Part shown: piece by piece, positions 8,901 to 17,167 of the stretch | Position numbering within the stretch: the stretch's first letter is position 1 | Layout: every line of letters begins with the position of its first letter | DNA from: Bacteroidia bacterium | GTDB taxonomy: Bacteria; Bacteroidota; Bacteroidia; Cytophagales; Cyclobacteriaceae | Length of the DNA: 64,000 bases | NCBI GenBank assembly: GCA_031382175.1 | Contig: JANMYO010000048.1 | Coordinates: 31,927-95,926 of the forward strand | Reading direction: 5' to 3' | The notes under the pieces: model-generated | Databases searched by the model: none | What the model was told of the DNA's origin: nothing | What the model saw: only the letters and a program-made list of their open reading frames with translations | Position numbers and translations under genes: made by a program

Positions 8901-11900
8901 CATTGAAAAATATTTTGGGTTCTCAGAGCATCACATTTAATAATTTGCAAATCAATAATACCGTTGCAGGCACGGATGTTATAATCGGTAATGGGCAGTC
9001 AGTTAGCCTTGCAGGTAACCTTACTTTCGGTGAAGTAAATGCAACAATAGATACAAACGGTCAGGCATTTACAATTTTGTCTACAACAGATTCAAATGCA
9101 TCAACTAATGGAATGATTGGTAACATTACATTGGTCGGGTCTAACATTGTGGGTAACATTACAGCACAACGGTTTGTAAGTAGTGAAAACAGAATTTATA
9201 GATATATATCTTCGCCAGTGATAAATGCAACCGTTGCTGAACTGCAGAGTGTGATCCCTGTAACTGGGACTTTCACAGGTCCTTCAGATGGATCTTCATC
9301 CCCTCCATGCATAGGTTGTATTTCTACTTCACCTTCATTATTTCGTTACAATGCTGCTACTGCAGCGTATGAAGCCTTTCCTGCTTCCGGATTGCCAAGT
9401 GCAGCTATTTTTGAGAGTGGACGTGGTTATGCAGCATTTTTCCGTCACACGGGTTCAGGCGCGATTGGTACAGTGACACTTCATTTTACCGGCACCAACC
9501 CGTCAGGTAGTGTTCCAGTAACAGTTTCACCGTCTACAAATGGATATAGTCTTGTTGGAAACCCATATGCCTCACCGATTCGATGGGATAATAGTGCGGG
9601 TTGGGCAAAAACCAACATTGCGGATAACATTGTTGTAAGAAATAATGATGGTGGAGGTGATCAAATTTATAGCGCATTGGCAGGGACGGGTGTTATTGCG
9701 CCTGGTCAATCTTTTTGGGTACAATCAACTGCTCCGGGTGCATCGTTAACCATAAATCAGTCGGCAAAAACGCTCACATTAGGTACGTTCTATAAAGGTG
9801 GGGCTCCAATTTTGGATGAACTTGATCTAGTGTTGACAAAAACAGCTACCAGCGCAACGTATAAGGCAAAAGTGTCTGTGCAGTCAAACTCACTTCAAAC
9901 ATATGACCAATTCGATTTGGACGCTGACATTTACAATAGTATTGATGGTGTATCAACGGCACGTTATATTTCTACCCAATCCAGTGATGCGAGAGTACTT
10001 GGTGTAAATGCTGTCCCCAACATTATTTGTAATCAATCTTTTGATGTGAAGGTTACTAATTTTATTACTACCGGGGAGACGATAGTTAACTTTACATTAA
10101 CTGTAAACCCTTCAGGTTCATTGAAGGGAATTTCATGGGTGCTTCATGATAACTATCCTGCCCCTGGTGCTGATATAGATGTTTCTTTAAATCCAACGTA
10201 TAGCTTTAGTGTAGATAATTCAATCCCGTTGTCAAAGGTGTCAAATCGATTTAGTTTAAAAGCAGTTGCTGCTCCTGCAATTGATTTGACTAAGTCAGTG
10301 ACAGCAAGTGCATCAGTATGCACCGGGAGTGAAGCTGTGCTTACAGTTGCCAGCCAGAATGGCTTTACTTATGGAGCAGAAATTAATAATGGAAGCACAA
10401 CTACTTTCTATTCAAATCTTGCCCAAGGTGATGGTGGAGACATTATCATCTTTCTGGAGGACGCCTGGTTGAGTGTTGGAAGTAATAACACAATCAGAAT
10501 AAAGGCTAGCTCCGGCTGTGATTCACAATTTCTAACAGCATCCACTCAAATCACGAAAGAAGATCTTTACACGGCTGCTGGAATATCGGCATCAAGTTGT
10601 GTGACGGGATCGGTAACTCTTTCTGCCACCGGGGCGGCTCAGCCAACGAATTATCATTGGTACGCAAGTGAAACATCCTCCACCGTTCTGGCCTCAGGTG
10701 ATCAATTTACTACACCGGTACTTTCAGATACTACTACCTACTATGTTGCGGCTTTCAATTCACAAGGTTGTGATGGAAAGCGCATCCCGGTAACGGCCTA
10801 CATCAATAATCTCGCGGATCAATTTTTGGTGGATGCAAGTGCAGCCATCGTCTGCCGCAATAGCACCATTACATTCTCGGCAAACAGCGCGGTAAGTGGC
10901 ACCTACAAATGGTATGAAACACCTTCTTCTATAGATGTTATTTCTGCAAATGCAGAATTTACAACGCCTCCCTTAGCAAATACAACAAAGTATTATGTAT
11001 CGTTCACCAATGGTGCAGCCTGTGAAGGCGACCGAAAAGAAGTGACGGCCCAGATTTCTAATTTTGCACCCGTGCTGTGGGCCGATAATGATAAGAATGG
11101 GAAACAAATATGCCCGCAGGGTTCCTATGTGTTTACGGCAAATGGTGCACCGGTAAATACTTCCTACGCATGGTTTGAGTCCATGGAGGGTGAGGAACCG
11201 ATCACAGAGTCAACCAACTTCACAACCCCTTCACTGGATGCCTCAAGAAATTATTATCTGGCAGCTAAAAATGAATTAGGCTGCTTCACAGACCGCTTTG
11301 TAGTGGAGGCCGTTGTTGATGAATCGAAGCCTGTTGCCAATTTCTCCTATACCTATGATAAGGTGTGTAAGAATGATGTATCGAAAGTGAAGTTAAGTTC
11401 CACCGAGTCAACCAATACAACCTACCGTTGGTATGAGTCGCCTTCAAGTGAAGTAAGCTTGAAAGAAGGTTTTGAATACACCACAGATGTGATTGGTGAC
11501 GATCAGACCTACTATGTCGCTGCAGTGAATGCCAATGGTTGTGAAGGAAACGTAAGGAAAGAAGTAGTCGTAGTGGTCACCAAATTCCCTGATCCTGTCA
11601 TTGAAGCTTCCCAAGGTTTACTAACTTCTAATTTTGCAGCTGGAAATGAGTGGTTCTATGATGAGGAATTACTGGGAAATGAAAAGAGCCAGACACTAAC
11701 CGTGACAAAACCTGGGCTATACAATTTAAAAGTTTCCTTTAATGGCTGTTTTGAATGGGCATCTCCAATATTCAGAACGGATTTCGTTACGGGCTTGGAA
11801 GACGAAGTCAGAACGATTGAGTTATATCCTAATCCAACATCCGATGTACTTTCAATTCGCGTGTCAAGTGTAGAGCCGGTGAAAGGTGAATTCTTTGACG

Positions 11901-12052
11901 AACGTGGCATCCGTGTACTACCGGTGTCTTTAAAACAGGAGGCAGAGAGTTGGAATGCAGACCTTGATGTGAGAGCCTTAAGCAAAGGATTGTATTTTCT
12001 AAAACTGTCATCCGGTGCTAAGTCAATAACCCATAAAGTGATCATTAAGTGA
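5951..12052 (+). CDS. Giant secreted cell-surface protein / adhesin with T9SS type-A C-terminal sorting domain
   Basis: The ATG at 5951 gives the signal peptide MGKLIVLLLLLPAMVMAQ; the track ORF starts at an upstream TTG. About 1000 aa of Thr/Gly/Asn-rich beta-helix-like repeats are followed by four Ig-like modules and a terminal CTD. Confidence 0.85.
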   Translation: MGKLIVLLLLLPAMVMAQDGDYRSRQTGNWATATTWQVRVSGVFQNLETAAAIPYQNVIPQTSASPATGVITISNNVTVSTAITADQVTITANTLTISGAGVLTIADGSGDDLTLSGGAISVTTGVLVINAGATYNHARNGGTIPLATWNTGSTCLVTGIAGTSPTLNALSSYQNFTWNCPGQTATITLASNLRDVNVNLSIEDTNDQQLRFGTATAYTLNIDGDFNVTGNSRIAFGTTAAAVVINLLGSFDFSSTAVTASLLKSSGSYTFNVGADFSVTSGLLTMSTGNNAGTVNVGGDFSQLPSTITETGGGSGAFVFNGSVSQSLNSTGTISSTINFQVNNAAGVVLNSPFSFPGALTQTLGDIDLNNNIVTLNGNFSRVSGNLILSPSVELIIQGAGTLPASVSFSGTDLSRLEMNRAATTLTTSSNFTVTTLNLLNGTVTHSGTLTIADGGTIERRSGSITNAPAAANVYNVLYSNTGAINTGPELPASATTLNNLTKQGAGTATLNQALVTINGNFTTVAAGGTFAMAANSISLAGNFTSAAALTATTASASTFTITGNCVLTSTTTPQVNNLVVTGTLTPAGTGNYRVNGNYTVNPAATVNAGVGTVTFGGTTVVTNNGTMNLRNVTFGAAANTMTAPVTTMGIAGNFTSNGVFTNGGGTILFNGTTALSAAEVYNNITISGTVTSANVGQTVAGNMINNGSFNIGTGNLTWSGSGTLSGTGTTTVADVNVSGTSFTYTASGNLTLNDDILGAGSFDSSGSSGTVIFAGGASSIAAGGARTLRSISVTGTFTPATTYTLVGVGGLDVTGTLASGGTIVFGGTTQTITGSSNAIAFNTFTTNVGSILSITPNITINGNLAGAGSITSAGTITFVGLTMSGTGTKNFTNVTVGAGTFTPNANYTITGNLVVTGTLAAGNATTTFGGTTLITGTPTFNNVIITNTLISSTGTITMVGNFTNNGTFNHNSGTVAFSAAAGALKNILGSQSITFNNLQINNTVAGTDVIIGNGQSVSLAGNLTFGEVNATIDTNGQAFTILSTTDSNASTNGMIGNITLVGSNIVGNITAQRFVSSENRIYRYISSPVINATVAELQSVIPVTGTFTGPSDGSSSPPCIGCISTSPSLFRYNAATAAYEAFPASGLPSAAIFESGRGYAAFFRHTGSGAIGTVTLHFTGTNPSGSVPVTVSPSTNGYSLVGNPYASPIRWDNSAGWAKTNIADNIVVRNNDGGGDQIYSALAGTGVIAPGQSFWVQSTAPGASLTINQSAKTLTLGTFYKGGAPILDELDLVLTKTATSATYKAKVSVQSNSLQTYDQFDLDADIYNSIDGVSTARYISTQSSDARVLGVNAVPNIICNQSFDVKVTNFITTGETIVNFTLTVNPSGSLKGISWVLHDNYPAPGADIDVSLNPTYSFSVDNSIPLSKVSNRFSLKAVAAPAIDLTKSVTASASVCTGSEAVLTVASQNGFTYGAEINNGSTTTFYSNLAQGDGGDIIIFLEDAWLSVGSNNTIRIKASSGCDSQFLTASTQITKEDLYTAAGISASSCVTGSVTLSATGAAQPTNYHWYASETSSTVLASGDQFTTPVLSDTTTYYVAAFNSQGCDGKRIPVTAYINNLADQFLVDASAAIVCRNSTITFSANSAVSGTYKWYETPSSIDVISANAEFTTPPLANTTKYYVSFTNGAACEGDRKEVTAQISNFAPVLWADNDKNGKQICPQGSYVFTANGAPVNTSYAWFESMEGEEPITESTNFTTPSLDASRNYYLAAKNELGCFTDRFVVEAVVDESKPVANFSYTYDKVCKNDVSKVKLSSTESTNTTYRWYESPSSEVSLKEGFEYTTDVIGDDQTYYVAAVNANGCEGNVRKEVVVVVTKFPDPVIEASQGLLTSNFAAGNEWFYDEELLGNEKSQTLTVTKPGLYNLKVSFNGCFEWASPIFRTDFVTGLEDEVRTIELYPNPTSDVLSIRVSSVEPVKGEFFDERGIRVLPVSLKQEAESWNADLDVRALSKGLYFLKLSSGAKSITHKVIIK
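10583..11583 (+). repeat. Four tandem ~80-aa Ig-like modules inside the adhesin
   Basis: The pattern C..GS..L.A......Y.WY.......G..FTTP.L...T.YYV.A.N..GC.G.R..V.A recurs four times. It resembles the CHU_C-associated Ig-like repeats of Cytophaga/Flavobacterium surface proteins. Confidence 0.7.
11816..12049 (+). other. T9SS (Por) type-A C-terminal sorting domain
   Basis: The adhesin ends IELYPNPTSDVLSIRV...RALSKGLYFLKLSSGAKSITHKVIIK. Confidence 0.85.
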
Positions 12053-12053
12053 T

Positions 12054-12245
12054 ATGAAAGTTCGCCTCATTTTTTGCTTCATACTCTTCTTTGTCTTCAT
12101 CACAGGAAGTCTGCTTGCCCAACCTGGTGATCCTGCGGGAGATCCTGATGTTCCCATTACGGGCATTGAAATTCTTCTAGGCCTGGGAGCTGCGTTGGGG
12201 GTCAAACGGATTCTTGGGCTAAACAGGAAATCAAAAAATCCTTAA
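12054..12245 (+). CDS. 63-aa secreted mini-protein with a PEP-CTERM-like tail (motif DVPITG, TM helix, basic cluster)
   Basis: The sequence splits as MKVRLIFCFILFFVFITGSLLAQ (signal peptide), then PGDPAGDPDVPITG, then IEILLGLGAALGV, then KRILGLNRKSKNP. The ORF fills the adhesin/dehydratase spacer exactly, starting 1 nt after the upstream stop and ending 2 nt before the next start. Confidence 0.6.
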   Translation: MKVRLIFCFILFFVFITGSLLAQPGDPAGDPDVPITGIEILLGLGAALGVKRILGLNRKSKNP

Positions 12246-12247
12246 CC

Positions 12248-14146
12248 GTGCTTACGAATACAATTCGTAGCCTAAAAATTCTTCCCCGCTGGGTCATCAT
12301 CGCCTTAGACCTGACCATCGTAGCTTTCTCGTGCATCATGGGCTACCTCCTTCGTTTTAATTTTTCAACAGATGATATCATAAGAAATAATGTATTTCAG
12401 GGTACATTACTTTATGTGGTGTGCGGCCTGGTGGCGGTGTTATTAACAAATAGTTACAAAGGGATAATCCGTTACACCGGCATTCAGGATGGTGCCCGTA
12501 TCATCTACATGGTGGTGCTGAATACGCTATTGGTGTGTAGTATTGACCTGGCATACTACTACAATCTGCACATCAATATTATTCCCTACTCAGTAGTATT
12601 AATTAGTTCGCTGTGTTCATTCCTCTTCCTGTTCAACTATAGATTGCTGGTCAAATATATCTTTACGTATTATAAGAATGCCATTTTGAAAAAATCACGG
12701 GTGATCATTTTTGGGGCAGGGCAAACGGGAATCATCACACGCCATGTCATCGATTCGACTCCGCGCATGCGCATAGCCGGCTACCTGGAAGACGACAAAA
12801 ATAAGATTGGAAAAGTACTGGACGGAGCAAAAATATACGATGCAAACAGTGAAGGACTGGAGGGTATACTGAAGGAACTCAATGTGGATGAGCTCATCTT
12901 CACAGCCAAAGACATTTCGCTGGAAAGAAAGAATGAGGTGGTAGACATATGTATTAGAAATCAGGTGAAAGTGCGAACAGTGCCTCCGGTGGAGAAATGG
13001 GTGAGGGGTGAACTAAGCTTCAATCAGATCAAAGAGGTGAACATTGAGGATTTGCTAGGAAGAGAATCGATTAAAATAAAGAATGAAAATGTTGAAGCAG
13101 ATATAAAAGGCAAGCGCGTTCTAATAACCGGGGCAGCGGGATCGATCGGAAGTGAATTGGTAAGACAGGTGCTTCAGTATAATCCGGATGCGCTGGTGCT
13201 GGTGGATCAGGCAGAGTCGGCCCTGTATGAAATGGAGCGGGAGTTGAAACTGCATTCTGGTGTAACAAAAGTGGCACTATACCTGGCGGACATTACAAAC
13301 AAAGAGAGAGTAGCCACTATTTTTAAAGACCATCGCCCTGAAATCATCTACCACGCGGCTGCTTACAAGCACGTTCCGGTAATGGAAAGCAATCCCTCCG
13401 AAGCCGTCTCGTGTAACATTTTAGGGACGAAGATCATGGCCGATTTGGCCATCGAGTTCAAGGCAATAAAGTTTGTGATGATCTCAACGGACAAAGCGGT
13501 GAATCCCACCAATGTAATGGGCTGTTCCAAACGCATTGCGGAAATCTATGTGCAGTCATTGAACAATTATTTGCAGGCAGAGCCGATAGCGAGAACCATC
13601 TTTGTCACAACCCGCTTTGGTAATGTGTTGGGCTCCAACGGTTCGGTAATCCCGCTCTTTGCAAAGCAAATAAAAATGGGTGGCCCCATCACAGTAACGC
13701 ATCCGGAAGTATCTCGTTTCTTCATGACCATTCCGGAAGCCTGTCAGTTGGTAATCGAAGCAGGAACCATGGGCAAAGGAGGGGAGATCTTTATTTTCGA
13801 CATGGGCAGGTCCATTAAGATACTCGACTTGGCTAAAAAAATGATCCGCTTATCGGGCCTGGATCCGGAGCGGGATATGAATATTGTCTTTACTGGATTA
13901 AGGGAAGGAGAGAAGTTATACGAAGAGCTGCTCACAAAATCAGAGAACACGATCCCTACCCATCATCAGAAGATCATGATTGCCAAAGTGCAGGAGTACT
14001 CCTATTTGGAAATCAACAGGTATGTGGAGTTGTTCAACGACTTAATCAATGACCGCAACGAGTTAAAGATGGTAACACTGATGAAAGAGCTGGTGCCGGA
14101 ATACAAGAGCAATTATTCCCGCTACGAAGTGCTTGATAAAGCGTAA
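12248..14146 (+). CDS. Membrane-anchored NDP-sugar 4,6-dehydratase, CapD/PglF/WbpM family polysaccharide biosynthesis protein
   Basis: N-terminal TM helices are followed by two Rossmann segments (VIIFGAGQTG and VLITGAAGSIGSEL) and the AAAYKHVPVME catalytic region. The start is GTG. Confidence 0.85.
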   Translation: MLTNTIRSLKILPRWVIIALDLTIVAFSCIMGYLLRFNFSTDDIIRNNVFQGTLLYVVCGLVAVLLTNSYKGIIRYTGIQDGARIIYMVVLNTLLVCSIDLAYYYNLHINIIPYSVVLISSLCSFLFLFNYRLLVKYIFTYYKNAILKKSRVIIFGAGQTGIITRHVIDSTPRMRIAGYLEDDKNKIGKVLDGAKIYDANSEGLEGILKELNVDELIFTAKDISLERKNEVVDICIRNQVKVRTVPPVEKWVRGELSFNQIKEVNIEDLLGRESIKIKNENVEADIKGKRVLITGAAGSIGSELVRQVLQYNPDALVLVDQAESALYEMERELKLHSGVTKVALYLADITNKERVATIFKDHRPEIIYHAAAYKHVPVMESNPSEAVSCNILGTKIMADLAIEFKAIKFVMISTDKAVNPTNVMGCSKRIAEIYVQSLNNYLQAEPIARTIFVTTRFGNVLGSNGSVIPLFAKQIKMGGPITVTHPEVSRFFMTIPEACQLVIEAGTMGKGGEIFIFDMGRSIKILDLAKKMIRLSGLDPERDMNIVFTGLREGEKLYEELLTKSENTIPTHHQKIMIAKVQEYSYLEINRYVELFNDLINDRNELKMVTLMKELVPEYKSNYSRYEVLDKA

Positions 14147-14152
14147 CTCTGA

Positions 14153-15046
14153 TTAGCGTTTAATGCCACCCCGCTTGTTGTAGCGGTAAGTAGGACTCTT
14201 TCTGCGCTGATTGTAACTGGGTTTCTTCTTAATGCCACCTCCACCAAGCTGAAAATTGCTAGGCAGATAATATTCGAGTTTGGCATTTAATAAAAAATAT
14301 CCGTCATTATTATCGGGACTGCCGCGCTGAGTACCGGCCGCTACTTCAGGCAATCCTAACTCGGGACGTCTGTCCGATAAAGCACCTGCAATAGGATCAG
14401 AAAATGCGGCAGATCCTTTGTGTACCGTGCTGACATCATCTAAATAATCAGTAAAGGTCTTACGATATCCACCCTCAATCGAAAGGTTGAGGAAGGGTGT
14501 CAACTTCAAACGTGCTCCTAATCCAAAAGGAAGAACCAGCGCAACTTTGCTATAATGAATGCCTTCTGTTTCCAGAGGTTGTAGAGCATATTTCTTTCCA
14601 AGATACTCGGTAGTCGGGTTAAAATAAGTTACTCCAAGTCCACCAAATCCATAAAGATTAAAGCCTGGCCTTCTGTAATAACGATTGCCTTGTGGAAAAA
14701 AACTCACGGCACCAGTAAGGCTTAACTCTACATTATTCGAACTGAAGGATAAATTCCTTTTTTTTCGGCTATTGTCATCAGCTTGTGCATCCGAACCCTT
14801 TAAGGTAAACCAGGTGGCTTCAGCGCGGGCACTTATCCTGGGTGTGAAGAAATATTGAAGACCGGCATTGATATTAAGTTTGGGATCAAGATAGTCTCCA
14901 TCATTTTTCAATTCCCCAAAATAAGAGGATGAACCCGTACCAGCCACCAAAATTAATGACCGCTCTCTCCGCAATGAATAGAAGCTTTGAGCAGAAGCCC
15001 ACTGGACAGATAATAAGAGTACCCAAATGGTTAAAAGTCTTGCCAT
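14153..15046 (-). CDS. Outer-membrane beta-barrel protein (porin-family-like), function unknown
   Basis: It has the signal peptide MARLLTIWVLLLSVQWASAQ, alternating beta-strand patterning and a basic C-terminal tail. Confidence 0.45.
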   Translation of the reverse strand: MARLLTIWVLLLSVQWASAQSFYSLRRERSLILVAGTGSSSYFGELKNDGDYLDPKLNINAGLQYFFTPRISARAEATWFTLKGSDAQADDNSRKKRNLSFSSNNVELSLTGAVSFFPQGNRYYRRPGFNLYGFGGLGVTYFNPTTEYLGKKYALQPLETEGIHYSKVALVLPFGLGARLKLTPFLNLSIEGGYRKTFTDYLDDVSTVHKGSAAFSDPIAGALSDRRPELGLPEVAAGTQRGSPDNNDGYFLLNAKLEYYLPSNFQLGGGGIKKKPSYNQRRKSPTYRYNKRGGIKR

Positions 15047-15104
15047 AGATCAAAAAAATCCCCTGAAAGTTAATAAAAAATGAAACAGAAAGGAAACCAT
15101 GGAG

Positions 15105-16316
15105 TTAGGCTAAAACTTCTTTAATTTTCTGAGCAGCATCTTTAAGCAGGATAGCTGAAAACACCTTCAGCCCTGAGCTTTGGATGATTTTGGCTCCTTC
15201 CTCAGCATTGGTTCCCTGAAGTCTGACAATAATGGGAACGGGTATATTCCCCACCTTTTTGTAGGCCTCCACAACACCACTGGCAACCCGGTCGCACCGC
15301 ACAATGCCTCCGAAGATGTTGATTAAGATGGCTTTAACGTTGGGGTCCTTAAGGATAATCCTGAACCCCGCCTCCACGGTCTCGGCATTAGCCCCACCAC
15401 CCACATCCAGGAAATTGGCAGGCTCTCCACCAGAGATTTTTATGATATCCATCGTGGCCATGGCCAGACCGGCACCGTTGACCATACATCCTACATTTCC
15501 GTCAAGCTTTACATAATTAAGACCTGATTTGCTAGCCTCTACTTCGAGCGGATCTTCCTCTGCAAGATCACGAAGTTCCTCTAAATCCTTATGACGGTAC
15601 AAAGCATTATCATCAAGATTGACCTTGCCATCCACCGCAATAACCCGGTCATCTGAAGTCTTTAAAACGGGATTGATTTCAAACATAGAAGCATCCAGTC
15701 CCATATAAGCAGCATAGAGAGAATGAATGAATTTCACCATCTCTTTAAAAGCGTTTCCTTCCAGACCCAAAGCAAAGGCCACTTTGCGGGCCTGAAATGC
15801 CTGAAGACCAATAGCAGGATTAATCCATTCCTTGATTATTTTTTCGGGTGTGGCTGCAGCCACTTCCTCAATGTTCATTCCTCCTTCGGTGGAGGCCATG
15901 ATCACCGGTTTGCTGGTAGCCCGGTCCAGAAGAATGCTCATGTAGAATTCCTTGGGCTCAGATGTGCCGGGATAATATACATCTTCGGTAATAAGCACTT
16001 TATTAACTTTCTTTCCCGCAGGTCCTGTCTGATGAGTGACCAGGGTTCCTCCCAAAATCGCCTTTGACTTTTCAAATACCTCATCAAAACTTTTAGAGAG
16101 CACCACGCCCTTAGATCCGGTTTCTTTAATGGTACCTTTGCCACGGCCTCCGGCATGAATCTGTGATTTAACAACAAACCATTTGCTTCCGGTTTCAGCC
16201 TGCAATTGTTTGGCAGCTGCTACAGCTTTATCAGGTGTATCGGCAACGATACCGCGCTGAATAGCAACACCAAATTTCTTGAGAAGGTCCTTAGCCTGAT
16301 ATTCGTGGATGTTCAT
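15105..16316 (-). CDS. sucC: Succinate--CoA ligase (ADP-forming) subunit beta
   Basis: The [17 protein letters not shown] start and the GGRGKG and [13 protein letters not shown] motifs are present. I use the ATG at 16316 rather than the upstream track start. Confidence 0.95.
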   Translation of the reverse strand: MNIHEYQAKDLLKKFGVAIQRGIVADTPDKAVAAAKQLQAETGSKWFVVKSQIHAGGRGKGTIKETGSKGVVLSKSFDEVFEKSKAILGGTLVTHQTGPAGKKVNKVLITEDVYYPGTSEPKEFYMSILLDRATSKPVIMASTEGGMNIEEVAAATPEKIIKEWINPAIGLQAFQARKVAFALGLEGNAFKEMVKFIHSLYAAYMGLDASMFEINPVLKTSDDRVIAVDGKVNLDDNALYRHKDLEELRDLAEEDPLEVEASKSGLNYVKLDGNVGCMVNGAGLAMATMDIIKISGGEPANFLDVGGGANAETVEAGFRIILKDPNVKAILINIFGGIVRCDRVASGVVEAYKKVGNIPVPIIVRLQGTNAEEGAKIIQSSGLKVFSAILLKDAAQKIKEVLA

Positions 16317-16383
16317 GCGTAATAATTTAGGAAGCAAGCTACTTTTTTTAAACCTTTATTTCAAGAATTAAAAAACGGAACAA

Positions 16384-17037
16384 ATGCTGAAAGCAGAAGG
16401 ATTGAAAAAGAGTTATGGATCACTCCAGGTATTAAAGGGTGTGGATGTCACAGTGGCCAAAGGGGAGGTAGTCGTAATTGTAGGAGCCTCCGGGGCGGGG
16501 AAAAGCACGCTGCTTCATATTTTAGGAACGCTCGATACTCCTGATGCCGGTAAAGTCATGATCAAGGACAAGGAAGCTTCGGGCCAGACTTCAGCCAAGC
16601 TATCGCAATTTAGAAATACACACATAGGCTTCGTGTTTCAATTTCACAATCTGCTGCCGGAATTCTCTGCGATTGAGAACGTAATGATCCCTGGATTGAT
16701 TGGCAAACGAGAAGAGAAGGTGGTAAGAAAGCGCGCAGAAGAGCTTCTTCAGATTTTAGGAATCGCGGAGCGAATGCACCATAAGCCGTCAGAGATGTCG
16801 GGAGGGGAGCAACAACGTGCTGCGGTGGCCCGGGCCCTGATCAATTCTCCGGATATCGTTTTTGCAGATGAGCCAAGCGGAAACCTGGACTCCAAAAATG
16901 CGTCTGAACTCCATCGCTTGTTCTTTAAACTACGGGCCGAGTTGGGCTATACCTTTGTTATTGTAACCCATAATGCAGAGTTTGCAGAAATGGCGGACCG
17001 GAAAATTGAGATTAAGGATGGTATTATAATCGCCTGA
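16384..17037 (+). CDS. ABC transporter ATP-binding protein, LolD-like
   Basis: Walker A is GASGAGKST, the signature is MSGGEQQR and Walker B is VFADEPSGNLD. Confidence 0.85.
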   Translation: MLKAEGLKKSYGSLQVLKGVDVTVAKGEVVVIVGASGAGKSTLLHILGTLDTPDAGKVMIKDKEASGQTSAKLSQFRNTHIGFVFQFHNLLPEFSAIENVMIPGLIGKREEKVVRKRAEELLQILGIAERMHHKPSEMSGGEQQRAAVARALINSPDIVFADEPSGNLDSKNASELHRLFFKLRAELGYTFVIVTHNAEFAEMADRKIEIKDGIIIA

Positions 17038-17108
17038 TAGTCATTAAACAAAAGTAGTTTATGTAATGTAAACTAGCGATAAAAATACCTTGTCTGTTGA
17101 GCTTTTTG

Positions 17109-17140
17109 TCATGTTGAGCTTGTCGAAACATGCATGTTTT
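17109..17140. terminator. Hairpin/palindrome between convergent genes (candidate bidirectional terminator)
   Basis: A catgtt...aacatg hairpin overlaps the 14-nt perfect palindrome aaacatgcatgttt (17126-17139), which is followed by a T-run. The element belongs to the gtcatgttgagcttgtcgaaacatg repeat type common in Bacteroidota spacers. Confidence 0.4.
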
Positions 17141-17167
17141 AGAGATAACAAGTATAAATTAGTGTAG

